From Candidatus Zhuqueibacterota bacterium (GTDB taxonomy: Bacteria > Zhuqueibacterota > Zhuqueibacteria > Residuimicrobiales > Residuimicrobiaceae): a stretch of 64,000 nucleotides of DNA. A model generated the notes under the pieces. That model worked only from the letters and a program-made list of their open reading frames with translations, was not told where the DNA came from and ran no database searches. Below, piece after piece: positions 47,891-56,996 of this stretch. The stretch is from positions 22,460 through 86,459 of the forward strand of contig CAUJEL010000172.1 of the NCBI GenBank assembly GCA_963169875.1. Direction: 5' to 3'. The position numbers and the translations under genes were made by a program. Every line of letters begins with the position of its first letter. Positions within the stretch are counted from its first letter, which is position 1.

Positions 47891-50800
47891 TTACCTCATC
47901 TCACTTAAGACAGAGGTCAGCCGTGAAGCATGCTGCAACAGACCCTTGCTCTGCAGATAGGCTTCACAACGCGTCATGATACCCGCATCATTGCCGTGCT
48001 CATCGAATTGCAGGGTGAGAAATGGCGCGCCCAGGGCCTGTCGCATGAAATGTTTGATGTAGGAATCAGGCCCGCATTTGAAATTGGTGAAGTAAATCAC
48101 ATGCAAATTTTTATTCCGGCTGATGAAAGTAGCGGCCTGGAGGATGCGGCGTCCATAATTCCAGAACATATTCTCATGCACGGGCTGCACATCGATGCCC
48201 TCATAGGAAAGAAAATCCATGGGAATGACATCGATGCCATAGTGGGTACGCAATTTGCCGGGAACGTTCAAATTCAGTCCCGGATCAAAAACATTATAAG
48301 GCCGGCCAATGAGCACCACAGCTCTCCCTTTGCCTTGCTCCAGTTGGGACAAGGTGGATTGTCCCGCGGCCTTGATGGAGCTCCAGAACTGCGCCTGCAC
48401 GGCATAGGCCATCTCCACGGCGCGGCGATTGCGCTCTGCGCGGATGCCCAGCATTTTCGCCATGGGAGCTAATGCCTGAATCACTGCTTCCTGACCATCA
48501 CGAAATCGCACCACCGGTGAAAGTATTTTCTCCTGCCACGTTAAATGGTAAAAACTATTTTTCAAAACCAGCGGCAGCGTCTGCCCCCAGGGACAATACC
48601 ACGATTCGGTCTGCGGCGAATCGGTTTCCGCATTGATGGCGTTGGGCATAAAAACATAGTCCACCTCCTTTTGCAGCAGATCGACCACATGTCCGTGCGC
48701 GGCCATGATGGGAAAGCAGGGTTCCGCGATGGTGTGCTCGCGCCCCCAGGCGATAATCTGTCGATTGGTGGGTTCGGAGAGTATCAATTCAGCGCCCAAT
48801 TCAGCGAAATAAGCGCGCCAGAACGGAAAACGGTCAAAGAAATACATGGCGCGGGGGATGCCTATTTTCACACCCAACCCATCCGGTCCGGGCACATCGC
48901 GCACCAGCTGTTCCTGATACAGGGTGACCAGATCAGGCGCTGTCGCCCGCTGTCCGGTCCTGGCTTTCTGGCGGTAACGCTCGGAGCACTTGTCGCCCCA
49001 ATAGGTCTTTTGACCGTTGACAATGACTTCCTGCATATCACACTGGTTGGAACAGGCCTTGCAGGTGAACTGGCGCACGGTGAACTGCACGGCATTCAGG
49101 TCAAAACCATGGAATCGGCTGAGGGCGCTACTCTGCTGCATTTTCAGTTTTGCCAACAGCGCTGCGCCGATGGCGCCCATGACGCCGCAGTGCGGTGGAA
49201 CAATGATGGATTTTCCCAGGGTTGCGGTGAACGCCGCGGCCACCGCTTTATTATAAGCCGTTCCCCCCTGAAAAAAAATCACATCGCCGATCTTGCGGCC
49301 GCGAACCACACGATTCAAATAGTTCTGCACCACAGCGAAGGCCAGACCGGCGGCGATATCTTTTTTCGCCATGCCCTGCTGCAGGAACGCGGAAACATCC
49401 TTCTCCATAAATACCGTGCAGCGCTCACCCATGGCCAGCGGCGCAGCGGATTGCATGGCCAGATTCGCAAATTCGTCAATGATCGATATCCCCAGTTTGT
49501 TGGCCTGCTCTTCCAGGAATGATCCGGTGCCGGCTGCGCAGGCCTCATTCATGGTGAAATCAACCACCACCCCGTCCTCAATGGAGATGAATTTGGAATC
49601 CTGGCCGCCAATTTCAAATATCGTATCAACCGAAGCCCCGCCCAACTGATCCGCAATAAAAGCCGCGCCGGTCTTGTGCGCCGTGATCTCATCGTTGACG
49701 GTATCTGCGCCCACCAGCTCCCCGATCATCTCTCTTCCGGATCCAGTCGTGCCCACACCCAGGACTTCGATTCGGTGCGCCCATTTCTCCTGCCAGCCGC
49801 GCAGTTCGCGGTCGACCACCTCGACCGGTTTGCCTTCGGTCCGGGTGTAAATTTCATCAATGAGCATACCCTGGGCATCCAGTAAAACAAGATTGGTGCT
49901 GACCGAGCCCACATCAATGCCAAGATATACACCGATGCGGTCGTTCCCGGAAGTGGTTTCACAAAACTGATGCAGCTTTTCCGGAAAACGCACGCGGGAG
50001 AGTTCCAGTCGCTGTGAACGCCTCTTATCCGTCAGGCCGGCGCTGTCCAGATGGTCAAACTGATCGATATGTTCTTGAGTTAACAGGGCCCCATCTTTCA
50101 GCGAGGCACACCCCAGCGCGGTTGCAAAAGCGTGCAGGACCGGAACGATCAATTCACCCGGCCCAAAACCGAGCACATCGGCCATTGCATCCACAACCCC
50201 TTGATTGGCGGCGACGCCACCCACAAATACGGCCGGTCGCGTCAACGTCTTGCCCCGCAGTACTGTGCCTTTATAATTTCGCACCACGGCTTCACAAAGA
50301 CCCTTGAGAATGGCGCCCGGCGAATAGCCGCGCTGCTGAGCATGCACCATATCCGATTTGGCGAACACGGAACAACGGCCTGCGATATTGGCGGCTTTTC
50401 CGGCTTTGCTCACCAGGGCGCCGATATCCGCCACTTCGAGGCGCATGCGGGCGACTTGCTGATCGATGAATGAACCGGTGCCGGCGGCGCAATCTCCGTT
50501 GCGCGCGTAATCGATGATGTCCAGATGACCGGTCTCCGCATGAAACGTGATCTGCAAGTAACGCGAACCATCTCCGCCGATCTCCAGGATGGTTCGGGCT
50601 TCAGGGACCAGCTCGGCAACCCCTCTGGCCAACGCCTTGAATTCATTGACGTGGGGAAGACCCATGGATTGAGCGATGTATTTTGCATTGCTGCCGGTGA
50701 AGAGCAAGCGAAGATGAACCCGGCTGCCAGCCTGATTTTTCAGCTCTTGAAGGAGCCGGCGACAGAGTGGCAGCGGCTCGCCCAATACAGGCAAATGACA

Positions 50801-50956
50801 CCCATACCATGCGCCGCCGCTGGTGGCTTGCAACCGCATGAAAGGAGCCTGCAACATCACAGGAATATCTTCCGTCGTTGACGGCACAAACATCACCATC
50901 TTGGCGGCCACGGAACCGATATCAAAGCCTGCACGGATTTCAGGTATAGAAGACAA
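47891..50956 (-). CDS. Acyl-CoA dehydratase activase-type fusion: two BadF/BadG/BcrA/BcrD-type ATPase domains plus a C-terminal HAD/BCR-like (DUF2229) domain
   Basis: Two actin-fold ATPase modules start at 'GFDIGSVAAKMV' and 'GIDVGSVSTNLVLLD'. Each is followed by a 'CAAGTGSF' segment, which is a plausible [4Fe-4S] helix-cluster-helix Cys pair. The C-terminal roughly 400 aa are HgdB-like. The product is 1021 aa. Confidence 0.75.
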   Translation of the reverse strand: MSSIPEIRAGFDIGSVAAKMVMFVPSTTEDIPVMLQAPFMRLQATSGGAWYGCHLPVLGEPLPLCRRLLQELKNQAGSRVHLRLLFTGSNAKYIAQSMGLPHVNEFKALARGVAELVPEARTILEIGGDGSRYLQITFHAETGHLDIIDYARNGDCAAGTGSFIDQQVARMRLEVADIGALVSKAGKAANIAGRCSVFAKSDMVHAQQRGYSPGAILKGLCEAVVRNYKGTVLRGKTLTRPAVFVGGVAANQGVVDAMADVLGFGPGELIVPVLHAFATALGCASLKDGALLTQEHIDQFDHLDSAGLTDKRRSQRLELSRVRFPEKLHQFCETTSGNDRIGVYLGIDVGSVSTNLVLLDAQGMLIDEIYTRTEGKPVEVVDRELRGWQEKWAHRIEVLGVGTTGSGREMIGELVGADTVNDEITAHKTGAAFIADQLGGASVDTIFEIGGQDSKFISIEDGVVVDFTMNEACAAGTGSFLEEQANKLGISIIDEFANLAMQSAAPLAMGERCTVFMEKDVSAFLQQGMAKKDIAAGLAFAVVQNYLNRVVRGRKIGDVIFFQGGTAYNKAVAAAFTATLGKSIIVPPHCGVMGAIGAALLAKLKMQQSSALSRFHGFDLNAVQFTVRQFTCKACSNQCDMQEVIVNGQKTYWGDKCSERYRQKARTGQRATAPDLVTLYQEQLVRDVPGPDGLGVKIGIPRAMYFFDRFPFWRAYFAELGAELILSEPTNRQIIAWGREHTIAEPCFPIMAAHGHVVDLLQKEVDYVFMPNAINAETDSPQTESWYCPWGQTLPLVLKNSFYHLTWQEKILSPVVRFRDGQEAVIQALAPMAKMLGIRAERNRRAVEMAYAVQAQFWSSIKAAGQSTLSQLEQGKGRAVVLIGRPYNVFDPGLNLNVPGKLRTHYGIDVIPMDFLSYEGIDVQPVHENMFWNYGRRILQAATFISRNKNLHVIYFTNFKCGPDSYIKHFMRQALGAPFLTLQFDEHGNDAGIMTRCEAYLQSKGLLQHASRLTSVLSEMR

Positions 50957-51289
50957 TTTCGTTTCTCGTCATTTGAGAATAATTTAGCAGTTCATTGGTT
51001 TTGTTTTGTGCAAAAGGGCCAAGAAATGCCGGTCAGCTTTGAGGCATCCGGCATGCTGCTCCGGTTTAACCAGGTTGGGGAAATATAATATACAAAAGCT
51101 GTTCGAATCTTTCAAGCGGAAATATCGGGCTGGGAAAGAGGATAAATCCTTGCAAATAGGAGTTCACTCTAAAAAACCACTAAATTCGCTAATTACACCA
51201 ACGGCAACGATCCTAAATTGACATAAAACAATTCATGCAAATTCGTTTAATTCGTGGTTGAGGCTTTTTAGAATAGACTCAATTTTGAA

Positions 51290-52063
51290 TCAACCGAACC
51301 GGCCTTCAATGTAATCCGCGGTGCGGCTGTCCGCCGGATTGATGAACAGATCTTCGGTCCGGCTGTGTTCAACCAGTTCCCCCATCAGCATGAACAGACA
51401 TTCATGACTGACGCGGCGCGCCTGGGCCATATTGTGCGTAACAATGACTATGGTATATCGGCCCGCCAGCTCCAGCATCAACTCCTCGATCTGACGCGTC
51501 GCCTCCACGTCCAACGCAGAACACGGCTCATCCATGAGGATGATTTCCGGTTTGAGCGGCAGTAGACGGGCGATGCATAATTTCTGCTGCTGCTCGAGCT
51601 GCAGATCAGTCGCTTTGCGCTTGAGCCGGTCCTTGAGATCATCCCACAACCCGACATCCGTGAGCGCCTCTTCAACCGCTTCATCCAGACGGGCGCGCGT
51701 CAGCTCTTTCGCTGGCGTATGCAGACGCAGACCAAACACCACGTTCTCGTAAACCGAGATGGGGAGCGGATTAGGCCGTTGAAAGACCATGCCCACGCTT
51801 TTGCGCAGCTCGATCAATTCCACATCCGGGTCATAGATATTCTTGCCCAAAATGCGGATCTCACCGCTGGTCTTGACATTCCCATAGCGTTCGTTCACGC
51901 GGTTGAAACAGCGCAACAGCGTCGTCTTGCCGCAGCCGGAAGGGCCGATTAACGATGTGATCAATCCATGACCGATATCCACCGAGACGTTATACAACGC
52001 CTGAAATTCGCCATACCACAGGCTGAGGGCGCGGGTCTCTATGCTGTGCTTGTTCTCGTTCAT
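51290..52063 (-). CDS. pstB: Phosphate ABC transporter ATP-binding protein PstB (canonical copy)
   Basis: The motifs are 'GPSGCGKTT', 'LSGGQQQKL' (wait-free match to signature), 'LMDEPCSALD' and H-loop 'VTHNMAQA'. The C-terminus ends 'YIEGRFG'. Confidence 0.9.
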   Translation of the reverse strand: MNENKHSIETRALSLWYGEFQALYNVSVDIGHGLITSLIGPSGCGKTTLLRCFNRVNERYGNVKTSGEIRILGKNIYDPDVELIELRKSVGMVFQRPNPLPISVYENVVFGLRLHTPAKELTRARLDEAVEEALTDVGLWDDLKDRLKRKATDLQLEQQQKLCIARLLPLKPEIILMDEPCSALDVEATRQIEELMLELAGRYTIVIVTHNMAQARRVSHECLFMLMGELVEHSRTEDLFINPADSRTADYIEGRFG

Positions 52064-52824
52064 CCGAAAATGCCATTGACGTATTCATAGGTTTTGTGTT
52101 GTGCGGGGTGATCGGAAAAGATCACGTCTGAATGATCCAGTTCGACGATCTCGCCGTTGAAAAGAAACATGGTGCGGTTGGCCAGCCGCCGTGCCTGCTG
52201 TACGAGATTGGTGACCAGAATGATGGTCATGTGCTGGCTCAAATCCTTCAAAACTTCTTCAATGCGCATCGTGGTCACAGGATCAATGGCGATGGAAAAT
52301 TCATCCAGACATAGTATTTCCGGCTGATGGGACAGTGCGCGCGCGATGGTGAGACGCTGCTGCTGTCCGCCCGAAAGACGGGTGCCGAGCGTATTCAGGC
52401 GGTCCTTGACCTCATCCCAGAGGGCGGCCTGACGCAGGCACTGCTCCACACGGTGATCGAGCTCGTCCCGGGTGCGGATGCCTGCCATGCGCGGGGCAAA
52501 AGCCACATTATCATAGATGGTCAGAGGCAATCCCACCGGCAAAGGCGCCACCATGCCGATCTTGCGGCGCAAGGCGTAGACATTGTGGAGATGGCGAATG
52601 TCGTCCCCATCAACTTTCACGATGCCGCGATAACGGGCATCCGCCGTGAATTCGAGCGTGCGGTTGAGTACGCTCAAAAGCGTCGATTTGCCGGATTGCG
52701 CCGGACCGATAATCGCGAACACATCATTTTCGTAAATATCAAAGGAGATGCCTTTTAGCGCCGCTTTGTGTCCATACGTGACCCGCAGATCCTGCACGGA
52801 TATTTTACTTTTTCCGGCTACCAT
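52060..52824 (-). CDS. PstB-like ABC ATPase with degenerate Walker B, D-loop and H-loop
   Basis: The motifs are 'GPAQSGKST', 'LSGGQQQRL', 'LCLDEFSIAID' (canonical is LLLDEPTSALD) and 'ILVTNLVQQA' (no H-loop His). The C-terminus ends 'YVNGIFG'. It overlaps the downstream pstB by 4 nt. Confidence 0.85.
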   Translation of the reverse strand: MVAGKSKISVQDLRVTYGHKAALKGISFDIYENDVFAIIGPAQSGKSTLLSVLNRTLEFTADARYRGIVKVDGDDIRHLHNVYALRRKIGMVAPLPVGLPLTIYDNVAFAPRMAGIRTRDELDHRVEQCLRQAALWDEVKDRLNTLGTRLSGGQQQRLTIARALSHQPEILCLDEFSIAIDPVTTMRIEEVLKDLSQHMTIILVTNLVQQARRLANRTMFLFNGEIVELDHSDVIFSDHPAQHKTYEYVNGIFG

Positions 52825-53702
52825 TTCTTTCGCGACCTGATTTTAAACCGTAAAACGATGGCCAGGGCATTTACCAGCAGCACCACGCCCAGGAGCACCA
52901 CAGCCGTTCCGTAAGGAAGCGCCACCGGCACATCCGGCACCTGGGTGGATATGGTAAAAAGGTGCATGGAGAGCGCCATGCATTGATCGAGGAGGCCGTA
53001 GGCCAACAGATCACCCTCTTGAATGGCTTTATAAAACACCGCGCCGGTGAACATGATGGGCGCCGTCTCCCCGGCGGCGCGCGAAACCTGCAGGATGACA
53101 CCGGTGAGAATGCCGCTGATCGAATTGGGCAGAACAACCTCGCGGATCGTCTGCCAGCGCGTCGCGCCCACATTCCAGCACGCCTGCCGGAAAGCGACGG
53201 GAACCGCGGCGAGCGCCTCCTTGGTGCTGGCGATGATGACCGGCAGGGTCATGATGGCCAGCGTGAGTGAAGCGGCCAGAATCGAGCGGCCGATGCCCGC
53301 GAACAGCACAAACGCGCCCAGACCGAACAAGGCATGGACGATGCTGGGAACGCCGGCGAGATTGACAACGGCCAGATTGATCACGCGCGTCAGCCAGCTC
53401 TCCCGGGCGTATTCATTGAGATAAACCGCGGCGAACACACCGATGGGGGTGGCGATGAGCAAGGAAATCAAGACCAGATAGATGGTGCCGAGCAGCGGCG
53501 CCCAGATGCCGCCGTCGCGCATGCCGCGAATGGGATTTTTGAGGAGAAAATCCACTGAGAGAATCGGCGACGCCTGATAAATCAGATAAAAAATGATCAG
53601 GATCAGCGGCAGAATGATCAACAGCGTCATGGTCATGAGCAGGTATTTCGCGATCAGCTCCTGACGTTTTTTCCGCTGTGTGTTTTTAGTGCTGGTGAAC
53701 AT
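52818..53702 (-). CDS. pstA: Phosphate ABC transporter permease PstA
   Basis: It has 6 TM helices and the EAA-like 'SRAAGETAPIMF' loop. Confidence 0.9.
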   Translation of the reverse strand: MFTSTKNTQRKKRQELIAKYLLMTMTLLIILPLILIIFYLIYQASPILSVDFLLKNPIRGMRDGGIWAPLLGTIYLVLISLLIATPIGVFAAVYLNEYARESWLTRVINLAVVNLAGVPSIVHALFGLGAFVLFAGIGRSILAASLTLAIMTLPVIIASTKEALAAVPVAFRQACWNVGATRWQTIREVVLPNSISGILTGVILQVSRAAGETAPIMFTGAVFYKAIQEGDLLAYGLLDQCMALSMHLFTISTQVPDVPVALPYGTAVVLLGVVLLVNALAIVLRFKIRSRKKW

Positions 53703-53716
53703 GCTCTGTCTTGAGT

Positions 53717-54619
53717 TTATTTTCTGCGTATGCCGCGCACCACCAGGTCCGCGGTCAGATTAACGACAAACGTGATGCTGAACAGCAAAATACCGATGAT
53801 GAATAGAACCTGATAATGGTCCGAATGCACCGGCGCTTCTCCCAGCTCTGCGGCGATGGTTGCCGTCAGCGTCCGCACCGGTTCGAGAACGCCGCCGGGA
53901 ATGCGAATGGAGTGGCCGGTGGCCATGAGAACAGCCATGGTCTCCCCAACCGCGCGACCGACCCCCAGCAACACCGCGGCCAGCAAGCCATTCCGGGCCG
54001 CGGGAACAAGCACGCGGAAGATCATTTGCCAGCGTGTGCATCCCAACGCCAGCGACGCTTCGCGATAAGAGTCGGGCACAGCCTTGAGCGCATCCTCGCC
54101 GATGGAGACGATGATGGGCACACTCATGAGTGCGAGAATGATGCCGCCATTTAACACATTCAAACCGATGGGCGCACTGAACAGATTAAGAATGAGCGAA
54201 TTCATGATGGTCAAACCGATGAATCCCCAAACAACCGAGGGAATGGCCGCGAGCAGCTCGATGATCACTTTCAAGCTCTCGCGCAACCGCGGCGGGCAGA
54301 ATTCAGAGATGAAGACAGCCGCCCCCAGACCGAACGGGACTGCGATGAACATCGCCAGCAGGGTGACACTGAACGTGCCGGTGATGAGCGCCAGGGCGCC
54401 ATAACGCACCTGGGTGCGGGAGGTGGGATACCACTCGATGCTGGTGAAAAATTCCGTGACTTTGAATCCGCGCAACAAATAGTCCGCGCCTTCGCGGAAC
54501 ACAAAGAAAAAGATGCCGAACACAAAAAAGATGGCGCTGATGCCGCAAATCCAGATCAGTTTTTCGATCATCCATTCCTTGAGCAGCTCTTTGCTGTTGA
54601 CGAGTTCGCGCAGCCTCAC
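53717..54619 (-). CDS. pstC: Phosphate ABC transporter permease PstC
   Basis: It has 6 TM helices and the 'GVGRAVGETMAVLMATG' EAA loop. Confidence 0.9.
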   Translation of the reverse strand: MRLRELVNSKELLKEWMIEKLIWICGISAIFFVFGIFFFVFREGADYLLRGFKVTEFFTSIEWYPTSRTQVRYGALALITGTFSVTLLAMFIAVPFGLGAAVFISEFCPPRLRESLKVIIELLAAIPSVVWGFIGLTIMNSLILNLFSAPIGLNVLNGGIILALMSVPIIVSIGEDALKAVPDSYREASLALGCTRWQMIFRVLVPAARNGLLAAVLLGVGRAVGETMAVLMATGHSIRIPGGVLEPVRTLTATIAAELGEAPVHSDHYQVLFIIGILLFSITFVVNLTADLVVRGIRRK

Positions 54620-55602
54620 GGGAGTTCCTCTTCGCCTTTACTTTGCAGGGATGGCTCCGCGAGATTGGACAGCGGCACATACCCTGACAGCGCCACCAGT
54701 TTTTGTCCGTGAGCGGAAAAAATCCATTGCAGATACTTTTCTCCCGCCTCATTGGGAGCGCCCAATGTATACATCAACAAAGGCCGGGCAACGGGATAGG
54801 TGCCATTTTGCGTGTTTGCAATCGTGGGCGCATATGCCCTGGTCCCGGTTTTGGGGGAAATGCTGAGCATTTTCACATGCCCGGTGGCATAGCCCATGCC
54901 GGAATAGCCAATGGCGCCCGGCGTACGCGCCACCAATTCCACCACATCCTTGGAGCCATGCATGTCTATGGTGCCGAGACGAAAATCGCGCTTTTTGCCG
55001 AGGACCGCCTCGCGAAAATATTCGTACGTACCCGAATTGGATTGGCGGCTGACCAGGATCATCTCATCAGGTGCATCAAGCGGCAGGCGAACGCCCAGAT
55101 CCGACCATTTTGTGATGGCGCCTTTTTCGCCGTAAATCTCTGCCAGTTGATCAAGAGAGATTTCATCCATTGGATTGGCCGGATGAACAAACACGGCCAG
55201 CGCATCAAACCCCACCAGAAATTCGCGCGGCTCTTTGCCCGTATTGGTTTTAGCGCGCTCGCGCTCATCCGGCGTCATCTTGCGGCTGCAATTGGCGATA
55301 TCCACGGTTCCGTTGATCAGCGCGGCAATGCCGGTTCCCGAGCCGCCTCCGGATACCTCCACAGACACGCCGGGCGCAATGGTCACGTATTCTTCCGCCC
55401 AGGCCTGGGCGAGGTTCACCATGGTGTCGGAGCCGGTGTTTTGAATGACCGTTTTCACCCCACCGCCGGGCACGTCGGGCGAGCGTCCGCGCAGACAGGC
55501 GCTGATGACGATCGGCAAAAACAGCAACAGGAAGCCGCAGGCGGTTCTCTTACAAATACGCTGGATGGGTGTCCGCCGCGAGCGGCGAAAAGCTGTAATC
55601 AT
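54616..55602 (-). CDS. pstS: Phosphate-binding protein PstS (lipoprotein)
   Basis: The lipobox 'VISAC' is present. The PBP fold motifs are 'GSDTMVNLAQ' and 'SGGGSGTGIAAL'. Confidence 0.8.
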   Translation of the reverse strand: MITAFRRSRRTPIQRICKRTACGFLLLFLPIVISACLRGRSPDVPGGGVKTVIQNTGSDTMVNLAQAWAEEYVTIAPGVSVEVSGGGSGTGIAALINGTVDIANCSRKMTPDERERAKTNTGKEPREFLVGFDALAVFVHPANPMDEISLDQLAEIYGEKGAITKWSDLGVRLPLDAPDEMILVSRQSNSGTYEYFREAVLGKKRDFRLGTIDMHGSKDVVELVARTPGAIGYSGMGYATGHVKMLSISPKTGTRAYAPTIANTQNGTYPVARPLLMYTLGAPNEAGEKYLQWIFSAHGQKLVALSGYVPLSNLAEPSLQSKGEEELP

Positions 55603-55640
55603 TGAAGGTCCTTGTCTTACGCATCGGGGGCATCAGGTTT

Positions 55641-56771
55641 TCACGATGTTTTCGCCCTGAATTCGGCATGGCCGAGAATCGCTTGTACCAGATCATGGAT
55701 GTGATGAACCAGACTCGAATAGGCTTGTTCATAAGCGCCGTGAATTTCGCCAGGGGTGCCGGTCATCTTGCTGGGATCGTCCATGGGCCAATCAAAAACA
55801 ACGGCATCCGCCGCCTGCGCCGGGAGATTTTTCTGAATTTGCACTCCGAGGTCCACAATGATCTGGATTTCATGACCTGTTACATAATCCGAAAGGCTCT
55901 GCGGCATTTTATCCTTAAGAGAAAGGCCTTTGGTCGCCATGAACTGCGCCATCATGGGATCGAGGGCTGCCGCAGGTACGATTCCGGCGCTGTCGAAAGA
56001 GAACTTGTCACTGAAGAATTCCTCGCCGATGCCTGCGGCCATTTGACTCAAACAGGAATTATCCGCGTCGACGAAAAGAATCCGGAACGAATCGCGCCGT
56101 TTATGTTTGGCGAACTCACCCGTGGTCATGTAGATCGTTTCTTCGCAGATGTTCTTGGCCTGATCCGCGGTACGCTCCAGGCGCCGGGCGATGGTCAGCA
56201 GGGGGGTAAACGCCTCCATGGCCAGTTCCCCGGCCTCGCGGTGTTTGATCAGTTTGGCGTTGATGCGGCTGCGCACCTGATCGGCCTGGTCCTCGATCAC
56301 CATGATCCTGCGCGCGAGATCAACATCTTTTTCCAGGAAAGCCTGCACCGCCTGATGGAACATGGGAATGGACAGCTCCGCCAGTTCGGTGAAATCGTCC
56401 AGGGGGGGGATGGGATCGCTGGGGATGATGCGCAGCACCTGGCGGGCGATGCTTTCGGCGTAATCGCCGATGCGCTCCAGTTCACGAATGATTTTGATGG
56501 TGGCGTAGACAAAACGCAGATGGCCGGCAACGGGTTGCTGGCGGACGATGAATTCGAGGCAGAGGCGATCTAGATCGGTTTCCAGTTCATCGACGCAGCG
56601 ATCGCGGAGGATGACGGTATAGGCTAATTGGCGATCCCGGTTCATCAGCGCTATCATGCTGTTGCGCAGCCCGCCTTCATCCAACTCTGCCATCATTTGC
56701 ACTTTGCCGCGCAAGAGGTTGATGTCTCTCTGCAGGGATTGTTCAAAATGAGATTCGTGTTGCAGGGTCAC
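55641..56771 (-). CDS. phoU: PhoU fused to a C-terminal ArsC/LMW-PTP-like domain that lacks the catalytic Cys and Arg residues
   Basis: Residues 1-210 form two PhoU repeats ('LERIGDYAESIA', 'LERTADQAKNICE'). Residues about 229-376 are 'RILFVDADNSCLSQMAAG...', which matches the ArsC (LMWP) P-loop 'IYFLCTGNSCRSQMAEG' except for C to D and R to L. The downstream Cys82 and Cys89 equivalents are absent. Confidence 0.8.
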   Translation of the reverse strand: MTLQHESHFEQSLQRDINLLRGKVQMMAELDEGGLRNSMIALMNRDRQLAYTVILRDRCVDELETDLDRLCLEFIVRQQPVAGHLRFVYATIKIIRELERIGDYAESIARQVLRIIPSDPIPPLDDFTELAELSIPMFHQAVQAFLEKDVDLARRIMVIEDQADQVRSRINAKLIKHREAGELAMEAFTPLLTIARRLERTADQAKNICEETIYMTTGEFAKHKRRDSFRILFVDADNSCLSQMAAGIGEEFFSDKFSFDSAGIVPAAALDPMMAQFMATKGLSLKDKMPQSLSDYVTGHEIQIIVDLGVQIQKNLPAQAADAVVFDWPMDDPSKMTGTPGEIHGAYEQAYSSLVHHIHDLVQAILGHAEFRAKTS

Positions 56772-56996
56772 GATGGATTCCTCATGATCATATGACTTTG
56801 GTGGTTGTCAACGGTGTAGTTTAGTGATTTTTTTTAATCAGAACAAGAAAATTACGCGAGAGAAGAGGATGGAAAGACATTTTTTGTAGGCGGCAGGATC
56901 GCCGGGCCGCATCACCCCTGTCATTCAACAGGAATCATTTGGAAAATACCTGCAGGGTGAACGTCGGCCACCGAGCATGCGCAGACGCGCAGCCGT

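Noticed and set aside
46711-49522. Long plus-strand ORFs (269 aa and 325 aa) antisense to the HAD/BCR-like genes.
   Set aside because: These are shadow ORFs. The minus-strand frames carry repeated ATPase and Cys motifs.
51006-51221. A 71-aa ORF between pstB and the activase-fusion gene.
   Set aside because: It has no RBS and no conservation signal, and it lies in a promoter or terminator gap.
54703-56573. Plus-strand ORFs of 300 and 323 aa antisense to pstS and phoU.
   Set aside because: These are shadow ORFs. The pst operon is intact and co-linear on the minus strand.
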